Notes: generated by a model not told the origin, from the sequence alone. Positions 1-11,270 are shown, counted from the stretch's first letter. The stretch: 64,000 nucleotides of DNA from an uncultured virus (IMG/VR IMGVR_UViG_3300029305_011880) (IMGVR_UViG_3300029305_011880), one strand, 5' to 3'. Numbers and translations: made by a program.

Positions 1-3000
1 TCCCGCAGCACCAGTACTGTAATAGCTACCGCCACCAGCACCACCAGTACCACGACCACCAGGATTATATGTATAAGTTTTACCACCACCGCCACCGCCA
101 GTAATTACAGCAGTACCATTTACACGAATAGTGGAATAACCACCACCACCGCCACCAAGTTCGTTATTGCCATTGTCATTACCGTCAGTATCATTACCAC
201 CCTTACCACCACCTGGCCAACCACCAGCGTTTCCAGTAGATGAATAGAAAGAGGTCTGCTGTTTACCAGCGCCCATACCACCAACCAATATTTCTAAATT
301 AGAATTAGAGGTTAGTTTTAATGTACCTGTAGCATATCCTCCCAAACCACCAGCAGCACTTCTAGAAGGACCACCCTGAGCACCCCAAACCTCAACTGTA
401 TATGTACCAGCCAATAAACTCTTTGTTACGGATGCACCAGTGTAGTTGTATGTTTCAGTAGTTGTTACACTTCCAGTCTTAGAACCACTTTGTGCAGTTA
501 AACCACCAGCACTATAAAGGGTGATTCTAGCATAGCCATTACCAGTATGACCTTGTTCACCTGCCCAAGAAGTGTTACCAATATTATTAGTAGCCTTAAA
601 CCAATCATTGCCACTAAGCGTTATCTTGTTAATTCCAGTTACGGAACTTAAATTGTTTGTACCAGCAGCAGAAGAAACGGCAGTAGCAAGAATGTTGTCG
701 TAACCGAAGCCATTCTTATATGCAGTAGTTCCTCTAGCACTGTTTTGAGTAGCAGTATGGATATAAACTGTATCGCCTTCCTTTAAGTCAGCCATACCAG
801 CAGTATAACCACCCTTGCCAGTACCATTAGAAGCACCCCACAATTCAATATAATACTTACCATCAACAGGAACGGTAAATACAGAAGTAGATGTGCCATG
901 TTCAAAGTTAACATAATCACCAACTCTGAAAGAAGCAAGAGTTACAGTTTCATTATCCTTGGGAACAATATGAGAACAGTCTAACTCATAACTATCAGGT
1001 AAGGAAGTAAGGTCACTAGCATATCCATAGCATCTACCTTTATAAAGAGTAAATCCAGTAGGACATACAGGGTCTAAATCCTTAACACATTTATAAGTTG
1101 GTTTATAATCAGCAGCCTCATTACCAATAGCAATATTATCAATAGTAATAGTACCCTTATTAACGTCAGCAAGATAGAATCTTAAAGACTTAATGTTGCT
1201 GTTCCACATACCACCACTCATATCAACGGTATAGATATAATAAGTAACATCGCTATTAGGCTCAATTTCAAAGGATACAGACTTAGCTTCATTGTACCCA
1301 GTAGAATTAGCTGTTGTGTAATAAATCTTAGCAGTATCACTAATACTTGCATTCTTCATCTTGATTTGAATTAGATTATTCTTTAATGGGTCTAAATTCA
1401 AACCAGTGAGTTCAATATATCCATCACCGCTATTTAAATCGTAAGCAATTGTAGAATCGCTATCTTGTCTAAAGTTGCTAACACCACTAGCAGTGAATTT
1501 ACCGAAGTCGCCATTGCCACGAGCAAAACTATAAGTTAAGTTAGCAGCAAGCTTATTAGCTTCGGTAACATCAGTTAGAGTATAACCGCCACCACAGAAT
1601 GCGTCGCTGTACTCTAAGCAAACTTTCTTTTCAGCATCCCAATAACCATCTTCGCAGATAGCATTAGAACCATCATAGGATACGCAGACATTACCTTCAA
1701 GTTCAAAACCATCAGGACAGTGAGTGACACCAGAACCAGTTTCTACACACTTAAATTCATTAAAGTCAAATACGTAACCAGAATTACAGCTTCTATTATA
1801 AGAAACGACGTGGATTGCTTTGCATTTATTATCTTCACGAATATAACCAGTAGGACAAGTCATAGACTCCAAATCCATTTCAGGAATATAGACCTCACCA
1901 GTTGTTTCATTAATTAAATATAGCTCAGGACCAAACTTTTCTCCCAATGTCATAAACCCACCAGTTTCACTTCCAAGGGAAGAAAGGTTTGTACCAACAG
2001 AATTGCCCTTGCTATCAACATTACCAGTAGCAGAAGTACCCAGTCTGGTTTCTTCATTCAACATGATAATATTGCTTTTGTCGCCCAGAAGAACATCTTC
2101 GAAATTATAGTTTCTACCATTATTTCTAGAAGCGAAAATCATACCGACGCTATACTCATCAGGCATACTAATAACAACATAGAAGTTATAGAATGCATAT
2201 GCCATATGTTCAGCATAAGTAATGTTTCCAGAATCTTTAGTTCTTAAAGCATCAACAATTGCTAAATAACCGTTTGCAAACAAATCGCTTTTCAACGTAT
2301 CTCCACTAGCATTTTTAGAAGCTGTTTTAAATGTAGCAACAGAATTACAATTTAACTCTAAATTGTCACAAAGTTTAGCAGCGATTTTATCATAATCTGC
2401 TTTTGGCGCTCTAAATTTAATATATTCTTCAATTTTTTCTTCTTCGGCACCACTACCACTGCCCGCATTAGGACCAGGATATGCTGCAGTACAATTATTA
2501 GTTCCTTTCTTAACATGGTCCGCAAACTCGAAAGTTCTAAATATCATATCAGGGAAAGTTCTAATAATAGTTAGATACATATCAGTAAGTTCTTCATATT
2601 GATTATATCTAGCCTCTGTACCATTACTTTTTGCAATATAAGTATCTATATACCCCAAATTATAAACAGATTCATTATTATAATAATATCCTTCAGACCA
2701 TGCAAATCTGCACATATTAGAGAAATCGGAATAGTCTGTCTGGACTTCATCAGGCGACTGAGGGAACGGTCTAGTATCAGGCGCAAATCCACCACCCATT
2801 TCAACACCAGAAAGAGACCATCCAGTTTGTCTCCAAACACCCCATGCATTACCAGCGTTGGAATACTGGAACTTACCTTTATTTGCTACGTTTTTGTCAA
2901 TGTTAATTTTACTAAAGGTATATTCCGTAGTACTATAGTCACCACTCTCATGAGCAACTTGTCTATCAGAATAAGTGAGAGACTTGCTATCGAGCCCTTC

Positions 3001-4782
3001 AGAATAATAGAACGTAGAAATACCATTATTTTCTTTTAACGTACAATATGGTTTTTGTCCAGTTTTTGTAGTACTATCATATTTTTTATATTTAGTTGTA
3101 CCACTTACAGTATCACATGTTGCAGTTTTAGGAACTAATTCATATACAAAATAAGACTTACCGTTAATGTTTTTTACATGTAACTCAACGTCGTTAAAAT
3201 AGTTAAACATTACTCGGCTGTAACAATTCTTTCCATCTATACTATAACAAGCACCTCTAGTAAAAGTACCAAATGAATGTTTGAAGTTTCTGTTAATGCC
3301 ATTTGGGTTAACATTACCAGATAAACCCAGATTCCAATAAGCCTCATCTGTAATATTACTTCTCATTCGAATTTTGATAATATTTATAGAACTTTCACTA
3401 CCAGAAGTATTACCATTTAAATAATAATAAGTACCTCTAGGCGACAGCCAGTATTGCCCACGAGTTGTCTCAGGATATAGGTTGTTACCATGAGTATTAC
3501 CCCAAGCAGTATGGTAGTTACCACCATTAGTGCCATATGAACTCATAAATGCGTAAGCAGAGTTTCTTTGGGTAATCGCTTCATTAAGGGCAATTTCGAC
3601 CGTTCCAATATATTGAGGCCCGCCAGCAGCTGTAATAGCCGCGTGCAAACCAGCCTGAGTATCAATAGCAGTAGATTTCGTTGTTCCCTTTTCTGAATAG
3701 TAATATGAGAAACCATGATATTTGTACCAACTAGTAGACATGGTATCTTTAATAGTTGTATAGTCACCGTTTAAATCGTCTCCATAGTATGGGAAATATC
3801 TATTACCATCTTTATCTGTCCCTTGAAGAATTCCAGCAATTTCATCTTCTGTATATTTAGTTTTTAAGGAAGTTCTAACAGAAGAAAAACCAGTCATATT
3901 ATTATCAGCCTTAACAGGAACTGGGCGACCAGTGCCTTCATCCATGATTGCCATAATCATAGTCTTACTACCTTCCGAACCTAAAACATGAGGAACAGTA
4001 TTGTAATAGAGAATAGTATTAGTAACTCTGAAAGCACCGTTATTATCTGTTAGATAATATGCCATACTACTTTTCTTAACATTGTCAAGATTTGTAGAAC
4101 CAGACCCATCATATACTTCATCAGTCCTGAAATTTTGATAAAGGTCAAACCCCTTACTCATGCGATGTAAATAGACCATTGCATACTTAATATCTCCAGA
4201 AGTATATCCTTCCGTTACAGCATCCCATTGGTCTACAACACCATCACCTGGAGTGCAATCAGCACAATTGCTATAAACAACTTTCTTGTTTTTATCTCTC
4301 CAGCATAATTTACCACTGCCGTCTCTAACGTCCTGACCAGTATATTCCTTCCATCCCGCACTCTCTCTACCAGGAACATTGAACAAATAGGTTATCATAG
4401 AGAAAGAAGAGTGTTTTTCATTAACATGGTCGGGATGAACGTAAGGCTGCGCCCTGTCTAACATTTTCCAAACAGGATATTTATGAATAGTTGGGTCCTC
4501 ACTGTTACATTTTAATGCATCGGCGGTAACCCCGTCCATAGTATCATCTATGACATTACTACTCATAGTACTGCTACTACACAAAATATCCTTATTATAG
4601 AAATGCTCAGGATTGTAGTTTGCATCTTGAGTTCTTCTCCATTTAAGAATTGTGTATTCTAAGTCGTTTTCATCATTTCCGCCTATATCTAGCGCAAAAA
4701 CGCTAGTGCCCAAGATGGAAAACAATCCAATAACTATTAATAAAACAAACAACCACTTAGAAAATAAACTTTTCACATTCAT
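1..4782 (-). CDS. Giant secreted/surface protein with glycine-rich domains (partial, >1590 aa, runs off left edge)
   Basis: ATG at 4782 with GGAGGT RBS at 4791-4796. N-terminus MNVKSLFSKWLFVLLIVIGLFSILGTSVFA is signal-peptide-like. The same frame at the window edge reads EVWGAQGG...GGLGGYATGTLKL...GGGGGGYSTI...GGAGGGSYY. Absent from the ORF track, consistent with no stop inside the window. Confidence 0.85.
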   Translation of the reverse strand, partial: MNVKSLFSKWLFVLLIVIGLFSILGTSVFALDIGGNDENDLEYTILKWRRTQDANYNPEHFYNKDILCSSSTMSSNVIDDTMDGVTADALKCNSEDPTIHKYPVWKMLDRAQPYVHPDHVNEKHSSFSMITYLFNVPGRESAGWKEYTGQDVRDGSGKLCWRDKNKKVVYSNCADCTPGDGVVDQWDAVTEGYTSGDIKYAMVYLHRMSKGFDLYQNFRTDEVYDGSGSTNLDNVKKSSMAYYLTDNNGAFRVTNTILYYNTVPHVLGSEGSKTMIMAIMDEGTGRPVPVKADNNMTGFSSVRTSLKTKYTEDEIAGILQGTDKDGNRYFPYYGDDLNGDYTTIKDTMSTSWYKYHGFSYYYSEKGTTKSTAIDTQAGLHAAITAAGGPQYIGTVEIALNEAITQRNSAYAFMSSYGTNGGNYHTAWGNTHGNNLYPETTRGQYWLSPRGTYYYLNGNTSGSESSINIIKIRMRSNITDEAYWNLGLSGNVNPNGINRNFKHSFGTFTRGACYSIDGKNCYSRVMFNYFNDVELHVKNINGKSYFVYELVPKTATCDTVSGTTKYKKYDSTTKTGQKPYCTLKENNGISTFYYSEGLDSKSLTYSDRQVAHESGDYSTTEYTFSKINIDKNVANKGKFQYSNAGNAWGVWRQTGWSLSGVEMGGGFAPDTRPFPQSPDEVQTDYSDFSNMCRFAWSEGYYYNNESVYNLGYIDTYIAKSNGTEARYNQYEELTDMYLTIIRTFPDMIFRTFEFADHVKKGTNNCTAAYPGPNAGSGSGAEEEKIEEYIKFRAPKADYDKIAAKLCDNLELNCNSVATFKTASKNASGDTLKSDLFANGYLAIVDALRTKDSGNITYAEHMAYAFYNFYVVISMPDEYSVGMIFASRNNGRNYNFEDVLLGDKSNIIMLNEETRLGTSATGNVDSKGNSVGTNLSSLGSETGGFMTLGEKFGPELYLINETTGEVYIPEMDLESMTCPTGYIREDNKCKAIHVVSYNRSCNSGYVFDFNEFKCVETGSGVTHCPDGFELEGNVCVSYDGSNAICEDGYWDAEKKVCLEYSDAFCGGGYTLTDVTEANKLAANLTYSFARGNGDFGKFTASGVSNFRQDSDSTIAYDLNSGDGYIELTGLNLDPLKNNLIQIKMKNASISDTAKIYYTTANSTGYNEAKSVSFEIEPNSDVTYYIYTVDMSGGMWNSNIKSLRFYLADVNKGTITIDNIAIGNEAADYKPTYKCVKDLDPVCPTGFTLYKGRCYGYASDLTSLPDSYELDCSHIVPKDNETVTLASFRVGDYVNFEHGTSTSVFTVPVDGKYYIELWGASNGTGKGGYTAGMADLKEGDTVYIHTATQNSARGTTAYKNGFGYDNILATAVSSAAGTNNLSSVTGINKITLSGNDWFKATNNIGNTSWAGEQGHTGNGYARITLYSAGGLTAQSGSKTGSVTTTETYNYTGASVTKSLLAGTYTVEVWGAQGGPSRSAAGGLGGYATGTLKLTSNSNLEILVGGMGAGKQQTSFYSSTGNAGGWPGGGKGGNDTDGNDNGNNELGGGGGGYSTIRVNGTAVITGGGGGGKTYTYNPGGRGTGGAGGGSYYSTGAAG

Positions 4783-5394
4783 ATTATTTCACCTCCAATT
4801 CAAAAATTTGTATATTCAACTTCTTATAAAAGTTGATATTAGTTATATATTTCATTCTTATCAACCTCCTGAAAGAAATCCGTATAATTTCAACGTTTAT
4901 TTTAATAGATTTATTATATAACCAATTTTATTGTTTGTAATAAGATAAATGGCTTACAGCGTGTTTTGACGGTTTTATGACCACCAACGCCGCAAGCCAG
5001 AATAACACCCAATAAAAACATATTATTTTTATTTTACTTAAAGACATATTAAAATATAAAAAAATAAAGCACAGATAATAGATTTTTCTAAGCAACAATG
5101 CCACTCAGAATTTCTGGAGGGTATTGTTTAATTATTTATAGGTTTATAATAACTTAGTCTTTTAGAATTGCAATTTCCCACAATTAAGTTACTAGAAATA
5201 TTTGAAAAAATAAAAGCCTTAAAAAACAAATATAAAAAAACACCATCATTCCTTTCGAAAATCAGGTGTTTCTAATTTCTTTTGTTAATATTCATATTTT
5301 TTACCCTTTGTACGTCCTTTAAATTGTTGATTTAACGTCTGTTTTTCCGTTCAAGGGAATACTAACTAATGATTAATTACAATTTTGTTTTTCA

Positions 5395-6771
5395 TTAGTT
5401 AAAATATAGCGTGGTTTCTTTTGTAGAACTATTGTAGGATACTTCGATGACAATTCCGTTCATAGAAATAGAGCTAGAGCCAACATCGGAAAATCCATAG
5501 CTACTAGAGCTAGCGTTGCCATTGATGTTTGCTGCATCAATCCAACTCCAAAGAGCATAAGCTACTTCTCTATCTCCAGTAAAGAAATAGAATGCCTCCA
5601 TTACCATGTTAAGTGCGCTGTTAGTGGCAGCTCCAGAGTCATAGCTCTTTCTCCAGCCAAAAACGTTTACACCAAGCTTACCATTGTTTTCAACGATTTT
5701 AGCGAATGCACCGTTATCAGCATAGTTCATGGAAATGCCATCGTCGAAGAATCTCTCGTCATAAACACGACCAACATAACCATTAAGAGCACTTTCGGCT
5801 TCATCTCTGTTCATACCAACAGTATAAAACTTACGAGAAACCCCATTGATATCTACGAACTGACCAGCAATAGTAGCGTTACCGACAACTTCTTCGCCAG
5901 AACCGTAGTCGTCGCCCTTCCAACCGCCTTCCTCATAACCACCGTCACCAGGTTTAGCAGGTTCAGTAGGCTTAGGGTCAGCAGGCTTTTCTTCAGGAAG
6001 CTTATCTACGTAAGAATCCTTATAGGAAGTACCACAAACACTGCAAGTGTGAAGAGTATAACCCTGCGCACTAGTAGTAGGTGCTACAACCTTCTCAGTA
6101 TAGCTGTGACCAGTAGCCTTGGTTTCCTTATCGGAATAGCTGTGACCACAATCACAAGTATGAACAGTATAGCCACCCTGTTCGCAAGAAGGAGCAACTA
6201 CCTTATCAGTATACTTGTGAGTATGAGTAGGAGTATCTTCCTTAGGCTTATCGTCCTCAGGCTTAGGCTCAACTACAACAGGAGGAGTAACAACAGGTTC
6301 GTCATCCTTATCGTTGTTGTCAACGGCAGGATTGTCGTCCTTGTTATCAGTCTCAGAACCGTTAGGGTCTTCAACAGTTACGTCTCCAGGGTTGTCAGTA
6401 GTCTCATTATCCTTGTCGTCAGTTTCAGTACCGCCAATAACATCAGTAGATGCATTAGGGTCCTCAACATTAACATCGTTATTGAGATTACCTTCGATGT
6501 CCTGTACCTTAGAGATTGTCATTTGGTCGTCCTTATAAGAAACAGTATAACCAAGCGCTTCAACCTCTTGGATGGTCAAGTATTCCTTTTCCGCACCAAC
6601 AACAGAGCCCTTGACCATAGGCACGTTATCGATGATTTCCGTTCCATTTTCTACGGCTACACCATCCACATAAGTGGGAACAGAAGGTGCAGGAGTCTCG
6701 GTCTTGCCGCAAGCAACAAGTCCAAGAACCATGATTACCGCAAGTGCGGCACAAATAATTCGTTTCATCAT
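5395..6771 (-). CDS. Lipoprotein with acidic/Pro-rich linker and His/Cys repeats
   Basis: Lipobox LVAC. Two HxYTxKVVAP...GYTxHTCxxCG repeats typical of clostridial surface proteins. GAGGAGG RBS. Confidence 0.8.
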   Translation of the reverse strand: MMKRIICAALAVIMVLGLVACGKTETPAPSVPTYVDGVAVENGTEIIDNVPMVKGSVVGAEKEYLTIQEVEALGYTVSYKDDQMTISKVQDIEGNLNNDVNVEDPNASTDVIGGTETDDKDNETTDNPGDVTVEDPNGSETDNKDDNPAVDNNDKDDEPVVTPPVVVEPKPEDDKPKEDTPTHTHKYTDKVVAPSCEQGGYTVHTCDCGHSYSDKETKATGHSYTEKVVAPTTSAQGYTLHTCSVCGTSYKDSYVDKLPEEKPADPKPTEPAKPGDGGYEEGGWKGDDYGSGEEVVGNATIAGQFVDINGVSRKFYTVGMNRDEAESALNGYVGRVYDERFFDDGISMNYADNGAFAKIVENNGKLGVNVFGWRKSYDSGAATNSALNMVMEAFYFFTGDREVAYALWSWIDAANINGNASSSSYGFSDVGSSSISMNGIVIEVSYNSSTKETTLYFN

Positions 6772-7108
6772 CTGAATTACCTCCTCAAATTTATTCTGTA
6801 CCAGTTTCTTTTCGAACAGTACTCTATAATTTTATGACTACCAAGTTCGAAATATAATGGTACAGAGGGAATTTTATCTTAGAATTTCATTGTAAGCCAC
6901 TTTTTTCATTGACTTTTTATCCCTTATTGTTTACATATATATTATAACATATATATAAGGGAAAATCAAGTACTTTCAAAAATTTTATTGTATTTATTTT
7001 TATTATATTGAAAATCAAAAAAGAATAAAATAATATATCATCTTACAACAATTATGAAAATTTTGTAATTGCCAAACACTTTTATAACAATAAAAGGAGG
7101 ATTGTTTT

Positions 7109-8014
7109 ATGGATATAAAAGATATTAAAAAACTTATATTGCTTGCAATCTGTGCTTTTATGATTGGTTTTGGATGTCTAATTTTCTATTACATAGATTA
7201 TAGCAACAAAACAGCAGATAGACATAATATGAGTAATTTAGAAGACGAAATATTAAATCAACAAGACGTTCTTAATAATATGCAGGCACAACAAAGTGGT
7301 AGCAACATCAACTCTACCAAATTTGGAGAAACTGAAAAAGAATACAACTATGAAGATTATAATCTAGATGCTTATTATGACTATGTAGAAGAGCAATTAA
7401 GTCTAAAGACAGACAAAACAGAAGAAGAAACAAAAAGCATATATGACCAAACAATAAGAAATATAAGATTAAAAGTACTTGGTGGATTTTATACAGAGGC
7501 TGCACAATTAGCATATGAAGTAATGAGCGAAACCGTTTTTGTTGATGGCGACCAATATTCAAATCTAACAAACCTTAAATCAATTAGTGGTTTTGATAAA
7601 ATGTCTAGTTTCGACCAAAAAATGGTTTTACAAACAATGACGGACCCAGTAATTTATGTAGCACTGTTTTATGCAATGGAACCAGAATACCAAGTAGAAT
7701 TATTAAAAGAAGAAAACTTCATATTCGTTCCCGTGCAAGATAACCATCAAATGGCACTTGTTAAGCTAGAAGAAGCTGGACCAATGGAAAGCCATGCTAC
7801 TAAATTCTTTTCAGAACTTTCAGAATTAAGCATTTATAAAATTACAATCGAAGTATTAGGAATTCAATATGATGTTTATTTAGCAGGCCGTCCAGGTTAT
7901 ACTTATAGAATTACGAATGTGGAATTTACTGACCCAACTAATAAGAATTATAGTACATATACTGATTACTTTAATGTTTGGGGAAGAAAAGAAACAGAAC
8001 CATTTTATGATTAA
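7109..8014 (+). CDS. Hypothetical membrane-anchored protein
   Basis: 301-aa ORF, AGGAGG RBS, N-terminal hydrophobic helix, followed by a terminator. Confidence 0.8.
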   Translation: MDIKDIKKLILLAICAFMIGFGCLIFYYIDYSNKTADRHNMSNLEDEILNQQDVLNNMQAQQSGSNINSTKFGETEKEYNYEDYNLDAYYDYVEEQLSLKTDKTEEETKSIYDQTIRNIRLKVLGGFYTEAAQLAYEVMSETVFVDGDQYSNLTNLKSISGFDKMSSFDQKMVLQTMTDPVIYVALFYAMEPEYQVELLKEENFIFVPVQDNHQMALVKLEEAGPMESHATKFFSELSELSIYKITIEVLGIQYDVYLAGRPGYTYRITNVEFTDPTNKNYSTYTDYFNVWGRKETEPFYD

Positions 8015-8021
8015 AATATCG

Positions 8022-8053
8022 AAAGACCAAAGAAAAATCTTTGGTCTTTTTTT
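8022..8053 (+). terminator. Intrinsic terminator
   Basis: AAAGACCAAAGA/TCTTTGGTCTTT hairpin plus T-tract after the 7109..8014 ORF. Confidence 0.8.
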
Positions 8054-8218
8054 ATATTGTTAATTGTTAAATTTTATGTATTATATCCATCATGACCAAA
8101 GCATAGGACTTCGCAATGCTGATTTAGTAATACATAAATATTATTGTCTTTTTGCAAAATGAGCGGTATAATACAATAAATATATAAAAACACAATCAAT
8201 AGAAAGGAGTTGCCCTGA

Positions 8219-8890
8219 ATGAATAACGTTAACGTTTTAGTTGTTGATGATGAACCTGGTATTCGTAGATTAATAAAAGATTTTCTTATAAGAGAAAATA
8301 TTAATATTATAGAAGCAGAAGATGGGAATGACGCACTTCTAAAATTTTACGAAAATGAAAATAACTTACACTTAATAATTCTTGATGTCATGATGCCATA
8401 TCTCGATGGATTTGAAGTTTTAAAAAAAATCAGAGAGTCATCTTCTGTTCCAGTTATAATGCTTACTGCTAAATCCGAAGAAGAATCTCAGATACAAGGA
8501 TTTGAAACAGGAGCAAATGACTATGTAACAAAACCCTTTAGCCCAATGGTATTAGTTTCAAGAGTTAAAAACCAACTCAGAAATTTACAAATATCAGAGG
8601 TATCCATAGGAAACCTTACTATAGACACTACAAAGAGAAAGGTATTTATCGATAAGGAAGAAGAATATTTAACCCTTAAAGAATATGAATTACTTCATTA
8701 TTTAGTTAAAAATATTGATACAGCGGTTGCAAGAGAAGACTTACTTTCTAATATTTGGAATGAAAAAGATGGAGATAGCAGAACCGTTGATACACATATT
8801 AAGCAATTAAGAGCAAAAACAATCAATGCAAATATAGATATCCAAACTGTTAGAGGTTTCGGATATATGTTGGTGAAAAAGGATGTATAA
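8219..8890 (+). CDS. OmpR/PhoB-family response regulator
   Basis: VLVVDDE, LDVMMP, KPF receiver motifs. Winged-helix motifs LTLKEYELL, RTVDTHIKQLR, TVRGFGY. Confidence 0.95.
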   Translation: MNNVNVLVVDDEPGIRRLIKDFLIRENINIIEAEDGNDALLKFYENENNLHLIILDVMMPYLDGFEVLKKIRESSSVPVIMLTAKSEEESQIQGFETGANDYVTKPFSPMVLVSRVKNQLRNLQISEVSIGNLTIDTTKRKVFIDKEEEYLTLKEYELLHYLVKNIDTAVAREDLLSNIWNEKDGDSRTVDTHIKQLRAKTINANIDIQTVRGFGYMLVKKDV

Positions 8891-10379
8891 AAAAAGAAAA
8901 AGCTTTAAATTACAATCAATAAAAACAAAATTAAATTTAATGATTGTAGGCACAATAATTATTATGTTTTTTATGATTACAGTGCCAGTTTTTATTGGTT
9001 ATGAAACATATTATGTGTCTCAACAGAAAGATTTATTGCAATCCGCAAATTCTCAAATAACTAAAAATATAGATTCTTTAGATGCAATAACTATGCAACT
9101 TATGATTTTGGAAGATAGAGAATCTTTGAACATAATACTTCTAAATCAAGAAGAAGAAATAATTTATTCTTCAAGTAAGTTGCTAGAATCTAATCAACAT
9201 TACTTAGATATCTATCAATTTGATTCTCCGTTAGAATTAAGCAAAAGTAATTTAAAGAACAATTACAACTCATATATTGTATATGAAGCAAAAAACAGCC
9301 TTTCCAATACTGAAAGCTTGCATTTGGCAACATCTTTTAAATTTGAAAATGATGTATATTATATAATTCTTGAGAAAACAATGACTAACATTAATTCCAT
9401 CATCAATGGAATTATTCTCTTTTTATTAATTTGCTTAATCCCAATGAGTTTAGTGTCAAGTATTATTGTTACGAAAGTTAGTAGTTTTATTATATCCCCG
9501 ATTGTTGAATTATCAGATATAAGCGAAGAAATTGCAAACTTCAAGTTTGACACTCCAGTAAATATTAGAACGAATGACGAAATTGGAAATCTCGCTCAAA
9601 ATATGCAAATTCTTTCCATGGAATTAAAAAGTAAAATAGAAGAGTTAGAATCCCAAAATATTTTATTAGAAGAAAGTCTAAAAGAAAAAGATAAAAATTC
9701 AAAAATACAAAGAGAATTCATATCTAATGTATCACACGAACTGAGAACACCGATAACTCTGATTCTTGGTTATTCCGAAGCTCTAAAAATGGATATAGAT
9801 GAACAAACAAAACAGGAATATATGGACATAATAATTTCTGAGTCTCATAAGATGAATAACTTAATTTCTGATATGTTAGACATTTCTAGACTTCAATCTG
9901 GAGACAAGCAATTGATAAAAGAAAGATTTAATTTTAGCGAATTACTCAATAAGATAATTCAAAAGCATCAAATTACTTTTAATAACAATAACATTTCTTT
10001 TACTAGCTCTATCTTGGAGAATTCTAATATCTACGGAGACAAATCCAAACTAGAATTAGTAATCTCTAATTTCATAACTAATTCAGTAAGATACGTAGAT
10101 GATAAAAAAGAAATTAAGATGTATTTACTGGAAGAAAGCAATAAATACATTTTTAAGATTTACAACACCTCAAAACCATTAGATAAAGATGATATAAAGA
10201 AAATTTGGGGGAGCTTCTATAAAGTAGATAAAGCCCACTCAAGAGAAAAAGGCGGCACAGGAATTGGTTTATATTTAGTTAAAACAATTCTAGAACTTCA
10301 CAACTTCGAATATGGGGTAAAAAATATTAATGAAGGTGTAGAGTTTTATATTGAAATACCAAAAGGAGACAACTTATGA
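8883..10379 (+). CDS. HAMP-domain sensor histidine kinase
   Basis: Two TM helices, HAMP (DEIGNLA), H-box SHELRTP, N-box NFITNS, G2 GGTGIGL. Overlaps the regulator stop codon. Confidence 0.95.
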   Translation: MYKKRKSFKLQSIKTKLNLMIVGTIIIMFFMITVPVFIGYETYYVSQQKDLLQSANSQITKNIDSLDAITMQLMILEDRESLNIILLNQEEEIIYSSSKLLESNQHYLDIYQFDSPLELSKSNLKNNYNSYIVYEAKNSLSNTESLHLATSFKFENDVYYIILEKTMTNINSIINGIILFLLICLIPMSLVSSIIVTKVSSFIISPIVELSDISEEIANFKFDTPVNIRTNDEIGNLAQNMQILSMELKSKIEELESQNILLEESLKEKDKNSKIQREFISNVSHELRTPITLILGYSEALKMDIDEQTKQEYMDIIISESHKMNNLISDMLDISRLQSGDKQLIKERFNFSELLNKIIQKHQITFNNNNISFTSSILENSNIYGDKSKLELVISNFITNSVRYVDDKKEIKMYLLEESNKYIFKIYNTSKPLDKDDIKKIWGSFYKVDKAHSREKGGTGIGLYLVKTILELHNFEYGVKNINEGVEFYIEIPKGDNL

Positions 10380-10588
10380 AAATAAGAAAAGACCGAAAAA
10401 TAAGGTCAAATAGTTATTCATATGCAAACAATACGTTTCTTATTTCATCTATTATAAATTGTGTTGCAGCGATAACTGATTTTGTTGTTGGATTCTTAAC
10501 CGACAAGCTCCTATTAATCGTAGGCGGAATATGCTTTTCAATTGCTGCTATATTACATTTATTAAATTATCTTTCAAGTAGAAGATAA
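10376..10588 (+). CDS. Small membrane protein
   Basis: 70 aa, two hydrophobic segments, AAGGAG RBS, ATGA overlap with the kinase stop. Confidence 0.7.
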   Translation: MKIRKDRKIRSNSYSYANNTFLISSIINCVAAITDFVVGFLTDKLLLIVGGICFSIAAILHLLNYLSSRR

Positions 10589-10616
10589 AAAGTCTCGACA
10601 ATCGTCGAGACTTTTT
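10587..10616 (+). terminator. Intrinsic terminator
   Basis: AAAAAGTCTCGAC-AATC-GTCGAGACTTTTT. Confidence 0.8.
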
Positions 10617-10668
10617 CTTTACCAAAATTTAAAAATATGCTATAATAAACAAAAGGAGATGATAAATA

Positions 10669-11238
10669 ATGATTATAGGACTAACTGGAGGAAGTGGAAC
10701 TGGCAAAAGTACAGTTGTAGATTATTTTAAAAATAAAGGATATAAAATTTTAGACTTTGACAAGGTGTCTAGAAAAGTTTGTGAAATAGGAACTCCATGT
10801 TTGAATGAAATAGTATTTTTCTTTGGAAAAAATGTATTAAGCACAGATGGGTCTTTAAACAGAAAATTTTTAGGAAGCATCGTATTTTCAGACGAAGAAA
10901 AGCTTAAGTTGTTAAACTCTATTACCCACAAATACATAACAGAAGAAATGTATAAATTTTTAGACAAAAATAAAAATTCTAACATTGTTTTTGATGCTCC
11001 TCTTTTGTTTGAAGCAGGAATAGATTCTCTTTGTGATAAAACAATTGCAGTCTTAGCGCCTAAAAACATAAGAATTGATAGAATTGTAAAGAGAGACAAT
11101 ATAACAAAAGACCAAGCCATTAATAGAATAAAAAGCCAAAAAGAAGATGGTTTTTATAAAGAGAAAGCAAACATAGTAATCATTAATGATGGCTCTGTCG
11201 ATGAACTCTACAATAAACTAAAAGAATTTTTCCAATAA
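10669..11238 (+). CDS. coaE: Dephospho-CoA kinase
   Basis: IIGLTGGSGTGKSTV P-loop, LNRKFLGSIVF, ITH, DAPLLFE, RIKSQ, IINDG motifs. Confidence 0.92.
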   Translation: MIIGLTGGSGTGKSTVVDYFKNKGYKILDFDKVSRKVCEIGTPCLNEIVFFFGKNVLSTDGSLNRKFLGSIVFSDEEKLKLLNSITHKYITEEMYKFLDKNKNSNIVFDAPLLFEAGIDSLCDKTIAVLAPKNIRIDRIVKRDNITKDQAINRIKSQKEDGFYKEKANIVIINDGSVDELYNKLKEFFQ

Positions 11239-11240
11239 GA

Positions 11241-11266
11241 AAAACGCTGACTTAAGTCAGCGTTTT
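11241..11266. terminator. Bidirectional terminator (perfect palindrome)
   Basis: AAAACGCTGACTTAAGTCAGCGTTTT between convergent coaE and deaminase genes. Confidence 0.75.
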
Positions 11267-11270
11267 GTTT

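Noticed and set aside
4800..5390. Possible replication origin or riboswitch in the long AT-rich intergenic region
   Set aside because: Only scattered hairpins. No iterons, DnaA-box cluster or recognisable aptamer seen.
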